From Vicinamibacterales bacterium (GTDB lineage: Bacteria; Acidobacteriota; Vicinamibacteria; Vicinamibacterales; UBA8438), in NCBI GenBank assembly GCA_965200475.1, contig CBDAUL010000004.1, forward strand, positions 71,303 through 135,302: 64,000 nucleotides of DNA. Reading direction: 5' to 3'. Under the pieces are notes generated by a model, which was given only the letters and a program-made list of their open reading frames with translations, ran no database searches and had not been told where the DNA came from. How positions within the stretch are numbered: the stretch's first letter is position 1; each line of letters opens with the position of its first letter. Positions 41,085 through 53,068 of the stretch are shown here, piece by piece. The translations under genes and the position numbers were made by a program.

Positions 41085-43802
41085 TCACCCGCCCCAGTCG
41101 TAGCCGAGCCGCACGTAGTAGTACGCGCCGCTGTAGCCCCACGGCGTGTACTCGCTGTACCGCTCGCCCACCCAGTTCGCGAGCACGGACTCCTGCGAGT
41201 AGGTGTTGGCGACGTTCTGGCCGCCGACGGCCAGCGTCGTGCCCTGCCCGAGGTCGAAGCTCAGCTCCACGTCGACGATCGGCCGGCCGGCGAAGAAGCC
41301 CTGGGCCAGGCCCCCGGAGAGCGTGAAGATCTCGCCGTGCCCGCTGTCGTAGTCGTACCAGCCGCTGTAGTAGCTGAGGCGGCCGAGCAGGCTCGCCCGC
41401 TGCCCGAGGCGCTGCGTGACCCCGACGTTCCAGCGGGTTCGCGGGAGGGCGTAGGCGTACTCGGCCAGCCGCCGGCCGTCGAGCAGCCCCTTGGCGTTGT
41501 CGGTCACCCGTGTGTCGGTGTGGTTGAAGACGCCGCTGATGACGGTGTTCCCGCGCAACGCGAGCGGCGTGTAGGTCGAGACGACGTCGATGCCCTGCGA
41601 CGTCGTGGCGAACGCATTGGTGAAGAACCGGAAGTTCCGCACGGCCTCCGCGGCCTCGAAGCCTCCCGCCACGAGTCCGGCGATCTCCGCGTCGGTCAGG
41701 AAGAAGTTGCTCGTGATCCCGATCCGGTCGGATACGTCGATGCGAAAGTAGTCGGCCGTGAGCGTGAACGGGCCGGTGTCGAACACCACGCCGGCGGTGT
41801 AGTTGACCGACTCCTCCGGCGCCAGCGGCTGGCCGCCGCGCAACTGCGCCGCCGCCGAGATCGACGGGATGACGGCGTTGTTGATCAGATCGCCGACCGT
41901 CGGGTCGAACCAGCTCGAGATGTTGAAGCCGTTCTGCTGGCCGGGGGTCGGGGCCCGGAACCCGGTGCTCACGCTGCCCCGCACGAAGCGGAAACGGCCC
42001 GAGAGCTTGCCGTTCGTCGTCGTCCCGAAGTCCTCGAAGTTCTCGACGCGGATTGCCGCGCCCAGCGTCCATGCGTCGTCGGGATCGGTCACCTCGAGGT
42101 CGCCGTAGGCCGCCACGTTGTGGCGGCTCCACGTGCCCGCGTGCCGCGGTCCGTAGGCGAAGAAGCCGTTGGAGCCGGGCATGAAGAGCTGCCGCGCGTA
42201 GGGACCGACCAGCCACCCCTCGCGGTCGCCCTGCTGCGTCCGGAACTGCTCGTCGCGCCATTCCGCGCCCGCGGCGATGTTGACCCTGTCGGTGACGGCG
42301 TACGACACGTCGAAGTGGAGGTTGGTCTCCCGCTGGCGGTTCGTGCCGACGTCGAACGAGGTGGGCGAGGCCGGGCCGAGCGACGCGTTGACGGTGTCGT
42401 AGATGAACAGCTCGCTCCAGTGCACGCCGAGCGAGCCGCTCAGGTCCCACCTGAAGCCGTTCGCAGTCAGGCCGCGGACGCCGCCGACGAGCGACGCGTC
42501 CGTCGCGGTCCCTCCCATCTGCGGCGTGAAGCCGCCGGGGAAGACCTCCTGGAACGAGAAGCAGTTCGGGTCGTCGAACACCTGCTGCAGCGCGACCGGG
42601 TCCGGCACGTGGTCGGTCACGGCCACTGTCGGGCAGTTGGCCGAGCCGCCGCCGGCCGCCGCGAGCGCGTCGCCGATGAGCAGCGTGCGGCCGCTGTCGA
42701 TGCTGAAGACGCCGAGCCGGGTGTTCGGGTTCCGGAAGAAGAAGCCCTGGGTCACCGTCTTGCTGGCGTAGTTCGTGTGGCCGTAGAGCTCCACGCCGCC
42801 GGGCAGCGCGTAGCCGAAGTTGCCGAACAGCTTCAGGTCGTCGTCGATGTCCGGGTCGCCCCAGCGTTGCGGATGCTCGGAGCGCACGTGCGTGTTGCCG
42901 GCCGCGACGAGCGCGATGGCGTCGTTGCGCGGCGCGGCCCGGTCGGTCGTATTCGAGCCGCCGTACTCCAGGCTGAGGTTGGCGAACCCGGCCGCGCCGA
43001 GCGGCAGGCCGACGTTGCCGGCCACCTGGAAGCCCTCTCCGTCGCCGGCGCCGTACATGCCGGTGTTGAGCTCGACGGCGCCGCCCGACGCGGCGTCCTT
43101 GAGCTGGAAGTTCATCACGCCCGCGATCGCGTCGGAGCCGTACTGGGCCGCCGCGCCGTCGCGCAGCACCTCGACCTGGCGCAGCGCAATCGCGGGGATC
43201 GCGGATATGTCGGGCCCCTGCGAGCCGTAGGCCACGCCGTTGCCGCCGTGCCACTCGAGGACCGAGGAGCGGTGGCGGCGCTTGCCGTTGACGAGGACCA
43301 GCGTGTGGTCCGGCGCCAGGTTGCGGAGCATGGCGGGGCGGACCACCGTCGATGCGGACTGGATGGGCTGGGTGTTGACGGCGAACGAGGGGATGACCGT
43401 GCGCAGTTGATCCTTCAGGTCGCCCGCCCCCTGCCGAACCAGGTCCGTGGCCGACAGCACGTCCACCGGGACCGCCGACGCGGTGGCGCTGCGGGGCCGG
43501 GCCCGCGTGCCGACCACCACTGTCTCCTCCGTGAACCCGGCGAGCAGGCTCTCCATCTCCGCGCGCGACAGGCCCAGCGCCTCGACCTCGGCCGGCGTCA
43601 TCCCGAGCGCGTGGCCGAGCTCCTCGACCAGCGCGTCCGCCTGCGGCTCGGCCTGCGCCTGCGCGTCGTCCCCCTGCGGCGCCGCGAAGGCATCGGACGG
43701 CAGCGCAGCCCGGACCGGCACGAGGACGACCAGCGCCAGGACGATGCGCCATGCCGCGCCGGGACGCACGGCCGGCCGCGGGAGGGGATCGGCGGTAGGC
43801 AA
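41085..43802 (-). CDS. TonB-dependent receptor (start uncertain)
   Basis: ETVVVGTR TonB box; plug motif TLVLVNGKRRH..EVLRDGAAAQYGSDAIAGVMN; beta-barrel C-terminus. Confidence 0.92.
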   Translation of the reverse strand: MPTADPLPRPAVRPGAAWRIVLALVVLVPVRAALPSDAFAAPQGDDAQAQAEPQADALVEELGHALGMTPAEVEALGLSRAEMESLLAGFTEETVVVGTRARPRSATASAVPVDVLSATDLVRQGAGDLKDQLRTVIPSFAVNTQPIQSASTVVRPAMLRNLAPDHTLVLVNGKRRHRSSVLEWHGGNGVAYGSQGPDISAIPAIALRQVEVLRDGAAAQYGSDAIAGVMNFQLKDAASGGAVELNTGMYGAGDGEGFQVAGNVGLPLGAAGFANLSLEYGGSNTTDRAAPRNDAIALVAAGNTHVRSEHPQRWGDPDIDDDLKLFGNFGYALPGGVELYGHTNYASKTVTQGFFFRNPNTRLGVFSIDSGRTLLIGDALAAAGGGSANCPTVAVTDHVPDPVALQQVFDDPNCFSFQEVFPGGFTPQMGGTATDASLVGGVRGLTANGFRWDLSGSLGVHWSELFIYDTVNASLGPASPTSFDVGTNRQRETNLHFDVSYAVTDRVNIAAGAEWRDEQFRTQQGDREGWLVGPYARQLFMPGSNGFFAYGPRHAGTWSRHNVAAYGDLEVTDPDDAWTLGAAIRVENFEDFGTTTNGKLSGRFRFVRGSVSTGFRAPTPGQQNGFNISSWFDPTVGDLINNAVIPSISAAAQLRGGQPLAPEESVNYTAGVVFDTGPFTLTADYFRIDVSDRIGITSNFFLTDAEIAGLVAGGFEAAEAVRNFRFFTNAFATTSQGIDVVSTYTPLALRGNTVISGVFNHTDTRVTDNAKGLLDGRRLAEYAYALPRTRWNVGVTQRLGQRASLLGRLSYYSGWYDYDSGHGEIFTLSGGLAQGFFAGRPIVDVELSFDLGQGTTLAVGGQNVANTYSQESVLANWVGERYSEYTPWGYSGAYYYVRLGYDWGG

Positions 43803-43847
43803 GACTGCGGGATGGCCGCCCCCCGTGCCGGCCGGGGGGCGCTCCGT

Positions 43848-45962
<2,115 letters not shown>

Positions 45963-46047
45963 GTCGACTCCTTGCGGCCGACGGGGACAGGCGCCCCGCG
46001 GCCAAGCTTCCACGGCGGACAGGATAGTCGGGATCGGCCGCAAACGC

Positions 46048-47385
46048 TCAGAGTTTCTGGCGAGCTGCCGCATCGGCGGCCTGAGCGGGCGCCACCGCCG
46101 CCGAACGGCCCCCCGCGAGCAGCCACCGCCGGCGCCGGACGGCCAGCCAGACCAGCAGTCCTGCCCCGGCCAGCAGCGTGTACTCGACCGGCTCCACCCA
46201 CGCGGGCAGCACCCAGCCGTCGCCGCGGGCGCGCGCATCCCACACGACGTAGGTCAGGACGACGGCCAGACTCCACGGCACGAGCGGCCACGTCCGGGGC
46301 GACGTGAAGAAGGGTATCAGCCAGACCAGGTACCACGGGTAGACGGTCGGCATGAGCAGCAGCGTCGCCGCCAGGGGCCAGGCCCACGCCTCCGGCGCCT
46401 CCCGCGGGAGGCGCGCCCGCGCCAGGACGGCCACGGCGAGGCCGGCCCCGATGGTGACGGCCACGGCGCCGGCTACCCCGAGCGCCGCCTCCAGCCCGGC
46501 GAACAGCGGTCCGTTGAAGCGCCACTGCGCCGCGTAGACGGCCAGCGAGCCCAGCGGCGGCAGCCACGCCCCCTCCAGGAACGGCAGGTAGAGCAACAGG
46601 ATTGTCCCGGCGGCGGCCAGGGCGTCGCGCGTCCGCACGCGGCGCCACAGCAGCGGCGCGAGCACCAGCGGCAGGAACTTGACGCAGATCGCCACGGCCA
46701 GCGCCGTCGCGGCGATCAGCGTGCGCCGCGCATGGAGGGCGTACGCCGCCGTCACCACGAACAGCGTACCCACCAGGTCGACGTGCCCGCCGCCCGCGCC
46801 CTCGAGCGCGACCAGCGGGTGCCAGGCGTAGGCCAGCACCCACCACGGGCTCCTGCCCAGCGACAGGAGCCACCGCCACAGGACCAGCATCGTCAGCAGG
46901 TCGCAGACCACCACCGCGGCCACGAGCGCCGCGACCGACTCGTCCACCGTGGTCACCGCGCGAAAGAACCACTGCGCCGCCGGCGGATAGACCGTGGGCA
47001 GAACCGCGCTGGCGGGATCGATGCGGCGCGTCAGGCCGGTGTGCAGCCCCGCCAGCCCGGGGTCGTCGGGCGCCGCGGCGTACGGGCTGTGGCCGTGCTG
47101 CTGGACCCGCCCGTCCCACAGGTAGCGGTACACGTCGTCGGAGGCCAGCGGCGGACCGGCGGCGAGCACCACGCGCCACGCTATCGAGAGCGCGAGGCAG
47201 CCCGCGAGCTGCCTGGTCGAGCCGTGCGGGCGCCGCGCCAGGAGGGCGAGCGCGGCGCAGTACGTCACGGCGGCGCCGCCCATGAGCAGCAGGAACGGCA
47301 GCGCGGCCTCGCGCGCGTCGTGGCGGGACAGGCCGACCAGGAGCAGGAGCTGCAGCGCGCCGCAGGCCGGGATCAGCCAGGGCAC
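46048..47385 (-). CDS. GT-C fold membrane glycosyltransferase (GT87/DUF2029-like)
   Basis: Polytopic membrane protein; SDDVYRYLWDG, YPP, YAWHPL..E..GGGHVD, VKFLP and VYPWY motifs. Confidence 0.85.
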   Translation of the reverse strand: MPWLIPACGALQLLLLVGLSRHDAREAALPFLLLMGGAAVTYCAALALLARRPHGSTRQLAGCLALSIAWRVVLAAGPPLASDDVYRYLWDGRVQQHGHSPYAAAPDDPGLAGLHTGLTRRIDPASAVLPTVYPPAAQWFFRAVTTVDESVAALVAAVVVCDLLTMLVLWRWLLSLGRSPWWVLAYAWHPLVALEGAGGGHVDLVGTLFVVTAAYALHARRTLIAATALAVAICVKFLPLVLAPLLWRRVRTRDALAAAGTILLLYLPFLEGAWLPPLGSLAVYAAQWRFNGPLFAGLEAALGVAGAVAVTIGAGLAVAVLARARLPREAPEAWAWPLAATLLLMPTVYPWYLVWLIPFFTSPRTWPLVPWSLAVVLTYVVWDARARGDGWVLPAWVEPVEYTLLAGAGLLVWLAVRRRRWLLAGGRSAAVAPAQAADAAARQKL

Positions 47386-48149
47386 GATACGCCGGCTCCC
47401 GGACGGCTGGCGTCCCGGCCCGCGCGCCGGCCGGTGCCGCCGTAGTAGACGCGCGCGAGCCGCTCCGGCGCGATGCCGAGGGCGTAGAGCGCGAGGATCA
47501 GCAGGTTGCCCGCGGTGCGGCGCACCCAGCCGTCGCGCTCCCAGCGGCGGGGCGACACGCGGATCGGCGCGCGCGGATAGACCATCCGTCCCCGGCGCCC
47601 CACGCGGCGCACCAGATCGACGTCCTCCATGAGCGGCAGCGGCCGGTAGCCTCCCACCCGCTCGAAGACGTCGCGCCGCACGAAGATCCCCTGATCGCCG
47701 TACGGCAGCCCCAGCCAGCGCACCCGCCACGCCACGCCGTGCTCCAGCAGCCGGGCCCGCCGCGCCGCGGACCGTAGCGTGAAGCGCAGGGCCCCGCCGA
47801 CGGCGCCCGGATCGCGCGCGATGCGTCCCAGCTCGGCCTGCCAGCCCGGCTCGGGACAGGTGTCGGCGTGCAGGAAGAGGAGCCAGTCGCCCCGCGCGAG
47901 CCGCGCGCCCGCATTCATCTGCTGTCCGCGGCCCGGGTCGCTCGTGACCCAGCGCACGCCCGCCGATCGCCGGCGCAGCGCCGCGATGCCGGAATCCCCG
48001 CCGTCGCCGTTGGCGACGATCACCTCGCCGCGCGCGGCGCCGCCTCCGCTGTCGCCCAAGCCCTGGGCGGCCAGGGCGTCGAGCAGCCGCGCGAGCTCCG
48101 GCGCGTCGTGCAGCACCGGGATGATGATGGAAACGAACGGGGAGCTCAT
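47373..48149 (-). CDS. GT2 glycosyltransferase, TIGR04283 (rSAM/selenodomain-associated) type
   Basis: VSIIIPV, GRGQQMNAGA, LLFLHADT, LPYGDQGIF, PLMEDV and SPRRWERDG motifs. Confidence 0.88.
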   Translation of the reverse strand: MSSPFVSIIIPVLHDAPELARLLDALAAQGLGDSGGGAARGEVIVANGDGGDSGIAALRRRSAGVRWVTSDPGRGQQMNAGARLARGDWLLFLHADTCPEPGWQAELGRIARDPGAVGGALRFTLRSAARRARLLEHGVAWRVRWLGLPYGDQGIFVRRDVFERVGGYRPLPLMEDVDLVRRVGRRGRMVYPRAPIRVSPRRWERDGWVRRTAGNLLILALYALGIAPERLARVYYGGTGRRAGRDASRPGAGVSCPG

Positions 48150-48814
48150 GCAGGGCTGTCCAACCCGAGGAAACCCGCGGTCTCCGTCCACAGGCGCTCG
48201 AGGCTGCCGCCGAGCTGATGGTCGTCGTCGAGCATCAACAGCCGCACGTGCGGCCTGCCGGCCGCGAACCGCTCCACCATCGCGGCGTCGACCACCTCGT
48301 CGCGCCGCCCGTGGCAGACCAGCGTGGGCACGCTCGTCCGGACCGCGAACGAATCGTAGCGGCCGGCGTCGTCGTACAGCGCGTAGTGCACCCGGCGCGG
48401 CGCGCCGCAGGCATGGTGCTGCATCTCCAGCCAGCCGTCCCGCCGCCAGCGCGCGAGCCCCGCCGCGCCGAGCGCCGGCATGCCGGCCCTGCCGAAGTCG
48501 AAGGCCGGCGCCAGCAGCACGAGCTTCTCGACGGGATGCGCCGGGGCCTCTCCCGCGGCCCGCTCCGCGAAGTGCAGGGCCACGAACGCGCCCAGGCTCG
48601 AGCCGATCAGGACGACCGGGGCCGCGGGCAGCCGCCGCAGCCGGGCGGCGACCTGCTGCAGCATCCGGGTCGTGGTCAGCGTGGCGAAATCGGGCTCGTT
48701 GAGGTCGGGACAGTGCAGGGTGAGGCCGTGCGCCGCCAGCCGGCCCGCGAGGTAGCGGGCCTTGGAGGACCGCGGCGACGACGCGAGGCCGTGCAGGTAG
48801 AAGAGGTGGCGCAT
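48146..48814 (-). CDS. YqiA/YcfP-family alpha/beta esterase
   Basis: YLHGLASSPRSSKA, GSSLG nucleophile elbow, HG..DEVV and DDHQL motifs. Confidence 0.88.
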   Translation of the reverse strand: MRHLFYLHGLASSPRSSKARYLAGRLAAHGLTLHCPDLNEPDFATLTTTRMLQQVAARLRRLPAAPVVLIGSSLGAFVALHFAERAAGEAPAHPVEKLVLLAPAFDFGRAGMPALGAAGLARWRRDGWLEMQHHACGAPRRVHYALYDDAGRYDSFAVRTSVPTLVCHGRRDEVVDAAMVERFAAGRPHVRLLMLDDDHQLGGSLERLWTETAGFLGLDSPA

Positions 48815-48840
48815 CCGGCAGCCGGACCGGATTATATCGC

Positions 48841-48941
48841 TTCAATCAGACGGGGCTGCGCCCCGAGCCCCCGGCGTCCGCTTGCGGGGACCCCTTCGCC
48901 CCGCGCCGCTTCCGCCGAGGCGCGCCGTGCGCGCCTTTGCG
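48841..48941 (+). repeat. REP-like repeat, single unit
   Basis: TCAGACGGGGCTGCGCCCCGAGCCCCCGGCGTCCGCTTGCGGGG... matches the 95-bp unit. Confidence 0.88.
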
Positions 48942-48970
48942 CGCTCTTGGGCTGCCTATAATCTCGAGCG

Positions 48971-49378
48971 ATGGGCTCGGAGTGCCGGGAGACCCCGCCT
49001 CGGCTGCTGCGTCAGGGCATCGACGAGTTCAACCGCGGCGCCTGGTTCGAGCAGCACGAGACGCTCGAGGAGCTGTGGCGGGCGGAGCGGCGCGAGGTCC
49101 GGCGCCTGTACCAGGGCATCCTGCAGATCGGCGTGGCGATGCACCACGTCCGCAACCGCAACCACCACGGCGCCGTCTACATGCTGCGCCGGGGAACGAT
49201 GTACCTGCGGCCCTTCGCGCCCTGCTGCCAGGCGGTCGACGTGGCCGACCTGCTGGTCCAGGCGGCCCGCGTTCTCGCGGCCGTGGAGGCGCTGGGCCGC
49301 ACGGGGCTCGACCGGTTCGACTGGGCGCTGGCGCCGCGCGTCCGCCTCGTCGCCGCGCCGCCGGCTGCCCGGGAGTGA
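48971..49378 (+). CDS. DUF309 domain protein
   Basis: GIDEFNRGAWFEQHETLEELW and YQGILQ motifs. Confidence 0.88.
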   Translation: MGSECRETPPRLLRQGIDEFNRGAWFEQHETLEELWRAERREVRRLYQGILQIGVAMHHVRNRNHHGAVYMLRRGTMYLRPFAPCCQAVDVADLLVQAARVLAAVEALGRTGLDRFDWALAPRVRLVAAPPAARE

Positions 49379-49437
49379 CGCCCCGAGCGCCGCGCATCCG
49401 CTGCTATACTGCCACCCGCCTCGGAGGACATCGCCAC

Positions 49438-50124
49438 ATGCCGGCGCCGCGCTTCACGGACGACACGTTGGCGTTCCTGAACGCGCTCGCGGAGAACAAC
49501 GACCGCGAGTGGTTCCGCGCCCGCAAGGCCGACTACGAACGCCACGTGCGGCAGCCGATGATCGACGTCATCGAGCAGCTCGCGGCCGACCTCCCGCGCT
49601 TTGCGCCCGACCTCGTCGCCGCGCCGAAGGTGTCGATGTACCGCGTCTACCGCGATACCCGGTTCTCGGCCGACAAGAGCCCGCTCAAGACGCACGTGGC
49701 CGCCGTCTTTCCGCATCGGGCCCTGACGAAGCACGGCGGGGCCGGGATGTACCTGCACGTGGCCCGCGACCACACGCTGGTCGGCGGCGGCATCTACGCG
49801 CCCGAGCCGCGGCAGCTCTACCGCCTGCGCGAGCACGTGGCGGCCAACTTCGAGCGCCTGCGCGGCATCGTCGAGTCGGCCGCCTTCCGCCGCAGCTTCG
49901 GCGAGATCAGCGGCGAGCGTCTCAAGCGCGTCCCGGTGGCGTTCCCCAAGGACCATCCGGCTGCGGAGTACCTCAAGCTGAAGCAGTTCCTGGTCGGCCG
50001 GCAGCACCCCGCGGACTTCGCCACCGGCCCCCGCTTCTACGGCTCGCTCCTGCGCCAGTTCGAGCGCCTGGCGCCGTTCATCGCGTTCCTCAACGAGGCC
50101 CTGGTCGGCGCAGCCCGCCGGTAG
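49438..50124 (+). CDS. DUF2461 (TIGR02453) family protein
   Basis: FLNALAENNDREWF, RVYRDTRFSADKSPLK and LKRVP..FPKDHP motifs. Confidence 0.9.
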   Translation: MPAPRFTDDTLAFLNALAENNDREWFRARKADYERHVRQPMIDVIEQLAADLPRFAPDLVAAPKVSMYRVYRDTRFSADKSPLKTHVAAVFPHRALTKHGGAGMYLHVARDHTLVGGGIYAPEPRQLYRLREHVAANFERLRGIVESAAFRRSFGEISGERLKRVPVAFPKDHPAAEYLKLKQFLVGRQHPADFATGPRFYGSLLRQFERLAPFIAFLNEALVGAARR

Positions 50125-50131
50125 CTGCGAT

Positions 50132-50415
50132 ACAGACGGGGCTGCGCCCCGAGCCCCCGGCGTCCGCTCGCGGGGCCCCTGCGCCCCGCGCCGCTCCCGC
50201 CGAGGCGCGCCGTGCGCGGCTTCCTCCAGATGGGGCTGCGCCCCAAGCCCCCGGCGTCCGCTTGCGGGGACCCCTTCGCCCCGCGCCGCTCCCGCCGAGG
50301 CGCGCCGTGCGCGCCTTCCTTCAGACGGGGCTGCGCCCCGAGCCCCCGGCGTCCGCTTGCGGGGACCCCACTGCCCCGCGCCGCTCCCGCCGAGGCGCGC
50401 CGTGCGCGCCTTGCG
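50132..50415 (+). repeat. REP-like tandem array, 3 units
   Basis: Three copies of the CAGA(C/T)GGGGCTGCGCCCC...GAGGCGCGCCGTGCGCG unit. Confidence 0.9.
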
Positions 50416-50494
50416 GCGTGTCCTGGCCATTTGCGGCCGGGGGGGCCGAGGACGTATCGCCGCGGCCTGCTAAGATACGGCTGGAGCGGCCGCC

Positions 50495-50866
50495 ATGCTA
50501 CGGGAGATCATCGTCAGTCTCCTGCGCGGATTCAGGCTGCGCTGTCCCTGCTGCGGCTACGGACCGCTGTTCGCCACGGCCTTTCGGATGCACGATCAGT
50601 GTTCGTTCTGCGACGAGAAGTTCGAGCGCGAGCCCGGCCAGTGGCTCGGGGCCGTCTACGTGAACCTCGGGCTGACGCTCGGACTGGTCGCCGTCGGCAT
50701 CGTGCTCACGCAGACCCTCACGTCGCTCTCCACCGCCCAGCAGGTCGCCATCTGGACCCCGCTGGCCGGGATCGGCCCGTTCGTGTTCTACCGCGCGTCC
50801 AAGGGACTCTGGACCAGCATCATCTTCATCGGTGAAGGGCTCTACATCCCGTGGCCGAACCGGTAG
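50495..50866 (+). CDS. DUF983-like zinc-ribbon membrane protein
   Basis: RCPCCG.GPLF...CSFC..FEREPG followed by two TM helices. Confidence 0.8.
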   Translation: MLREIIVSLLRGFRLRCPCCGYGPLFATAFRMHDQCSFCDEKFEREPGQWLGAVYVNLGLTLGLVAVGIVLTQTLTSLSTAQQVAIWTPLAGIGPFVFYRASKGLWTSIIFIGEGLYIPWPNR

Positions 50867-52080
50867 CCCGGCCCGGGGCCGCGGCAGCCATCCTCCTGCG
50901 CCTCGGGGCCGCGTTCACCTATCCGGCGTTCCGCAACCTGTGGACGGCCGCGTTCACCTCGGCCGCCGGCACGTGGATGCAGCGCTTCGCGCAGCAGTGG
51001 CTGATCTTCGACCTGACCGGCTCGGCCTTCTACCTCGGGCTCGACGCCTTCGTGGGCGCCGTCCCGCTGCTCCTGTTCACGCTGATCGGGGGCGTGACCG
51101 CCGACCGCTACGACCGCCGCCACCTGCTGATGGCGTCGCAGATGCTGCAGATGGCGTGCGCCCTCGTCCTGACGCTGCTCGTGCTGTTCGACGCGGTGCA
51201 CCTCGCCTACATCCTGGCGCTCTCGTTCGTCACCGGGCTGGCCCAGGCGTTCGGCGGCCCGGCGTTCCAGTCGCTGATTCCCGCGCTCGTCCCGCGCCAC
51301 ACGCTGCCGAACGCCGTGGCGCTCAACTCCATCCAGTTCAACCTCGCGCAGTCGATCGGCCCGGCCATCGGCGGCCTCGTGTTCACCAGCCTCGGGCTGG
51401 CCGCCTGCTTCGGGCTCAACAGCGTCTCCTTCCTGGTCGTGATCGTCGTGCTCGCGCTGATGCAGGCGCAGCCGGCCAACCGGGAGGGGAACAAGACGAT
51501 GGCGGAAGACCTGAAGGGCGGCCTCACCTACGTGGGGCAAGGCGGCGCGCTGCTGGCGCTCACCATCCTGGCCGTCACCACCACGTCGCTGGGCCTCCCG
51601 CTGCGCGCCTTCCTGCCCGTGTTCGCAGGCGATCCGGAGACGCTCAGCCAGATGATGACCTCCCTGGGCGCCGGCGCCGTCACGGGCGCGCTCGTCGTCG
51701 CCTGGCTCGGGAAGTTCGAGCGCATGGGGCTGACGCTGCTGCAGGTGCTGGCCGCGTTCGGCGTGCTCGTCGCGACCTTCGCCTCGCTGCCGGTCGGCCC
51801 CTGGAGCTACGTGCTGCTGTTCCTGGCCGGCAACGCGCTCCTCATTGTCTTCTCGCTGACCGCCTCGCTCGTGCAGCTCACCGTCCCCGACGAGCTGCGC
51901 GGCCGCGTGATGAGCATCTACCTGACGGCGTTCCGCGGCGGCCTGCCGCTCGGCAGCCTGGTCAGCGGCGCCCTGACGCGCTACGCCCCGACCGAGACCG
52001 TCGTCGCCGCCAACGCCGGCCTGCTGGTCCTGGTGGCCGCGTACTTCCTGGTGCGCAGCCATGGCGTCCGCGAGCTGTGA
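50851..52080 (+). CDS. MFS transporter
   Basis: About 12 TM segments; GGVTADRYDRR motif A; VPDELRGRVMS. Confidence 0.92.
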   Translation: MAEPVARPGAAAAILLRLGAAFTYPAFRNLWTAAFTSAAGTWMQRFAQQWLIFDLTGSAFYLGLDAFVGAVPLLLFTLIGGVTADRYDRRHLLMASQMLQMACALVLTLLVLFDAVHLAYILALSFVTGLAQAFGGPAFQSLIPALVPRHTLPNAVALNSIQFNLAQSIGPAIGGLVFTSLGLAACFGLNSVSFLVVIVVLALMQAQPANREGNKTMAEDLKGGLTYVGQGGALLALTILAVTTTSLGLPLRAFLPVFAGDPETLSQMMTSLGAGAVTGALVVAWLGKFERMGLTLLQVLAAFGVLVATFASLPVGPWSYVLLFLAGNALLIVFSLTASLVQLTVPDELRGRVMSIYLTAFRGGLPLGSLVSGALTRYAPTETVVAANAGLLVLVAAYFLVRSHGVREL

Positions 52081-52141
52081 ATCGTCGACGAACAGGACAC
52101 CGCTGACTGCACTATGCTGTCGTTGATGGTATAGTGCTTTC

Positions 52142-52378
52142 ATGCCGGTGCAGATCACCATACGGGACGTCCCCGAAGCGGTTCGCGACCAACTTGCCGT
52201 GCGGGCCGCGCGGCGGCATCAGTCGATGCAGGGATTCCTGCGTACCGAGCTGATGCGCCTCGCGTCCCGCCCCTCGGTCGACGAGTGGCTGCAAGCGGTT
52301 CGCGAGCGCAAGGCAGCCGCCGGGACCCGCGTCCGTCCCGACAGCATCCTCCGCGAGCGTGACGCCGACAGACGGTGA
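52142..52378 (+). CDS. FitA/VapB-like ribbon-helix-helix antitoxin
   Basis: QITIRDVPEAVRDQL..RAARRHQSM; overlaps the start of the PIN gene. Confidence 0.85.
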   Translation: MPVQITIRDVPEAVRDQLAVRAARRHQSMQGFLRTELMRLASRPSVDEWLQAVRERKAAAGTRVRPDSILRERDADRR

Positions 52379-52773
52379 CGGTCGTCGCGGACGCCTCGGT
52401 GCTCGTGGCGGCGCTGATCGATTCCGGCCACCAAGGCGAGTGGGCCGAGTCGGCGGTCGCCGCAGGCCACCTCGCCGGGCCGGAGCTGGTCCTGGCGGAG
52501 GCCACCAACGTCCTGCGCAGGCTGGAGCGCGCCGGCGAGGTCTCCGGCCTCGAAGCCTCCGCCTCGCAGCGGAACCTGCTGCAGCTCGACGTAGAGTTGT
52601 ATCCGTTCGCGCCCTTCGCCGAGCGCGTCTGGGCGCTGCGCGGCAACCTGACCAGCTACGACGCCTGGTACGTGGCGCTCGCCGAGACGCTGGATTGTCC
52701 CCTGTTCACGCTGGACCGCCGACTGAGCCGCGCGACTGGCCCCAGGTGCGCCATTCGCGTCCCGCCGCTCTAG
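52375..52773 (+). CDS. VapC PIN-domain toxin
   Basis: VVADASVLV, E..NVLRR and TSYDAWYVALAE..LFTLD motifs. Confidence 0.9.
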   Translation: MTVVADASVLVAALIDSGHQGEWAESAVAAGHLAGPELVLAEATNVLRRLERAGEVSGLEASASQRNLLQLDVELYPFAPFAERVWALRGNLTSYDAWYVALAETLDCPLFTLDRRLSRATGPRCAIRVPPL

Positions 52774-53068
52774 AGCTGTTGCCGAGTACGTAGGCGAAGG
52801 CCTTCGCAAGAGAGTCCGGTGCGGCCGTGCCGGCGCCAACCATGTGACTGCCGTGTTTTTTTCGCCCTGCATGCGTTTTTCGCTTGACAGCCTTTTTCGA
52901 GCCCGCACGGTCCGCAGTCCGACCGGCGCCGGACGTGTCCCTCCGACGGTCCTGGTCCGCCGCTGGAGACACGCAGCCGGCGCGCAAGGGAACGACGCTG
53001 CCGCGCCGTCCGATCGGCCCGCCTGGAGCCTTGCAAGCCGTTGAAAAAGTGGGGGTTATGATGGAGGC

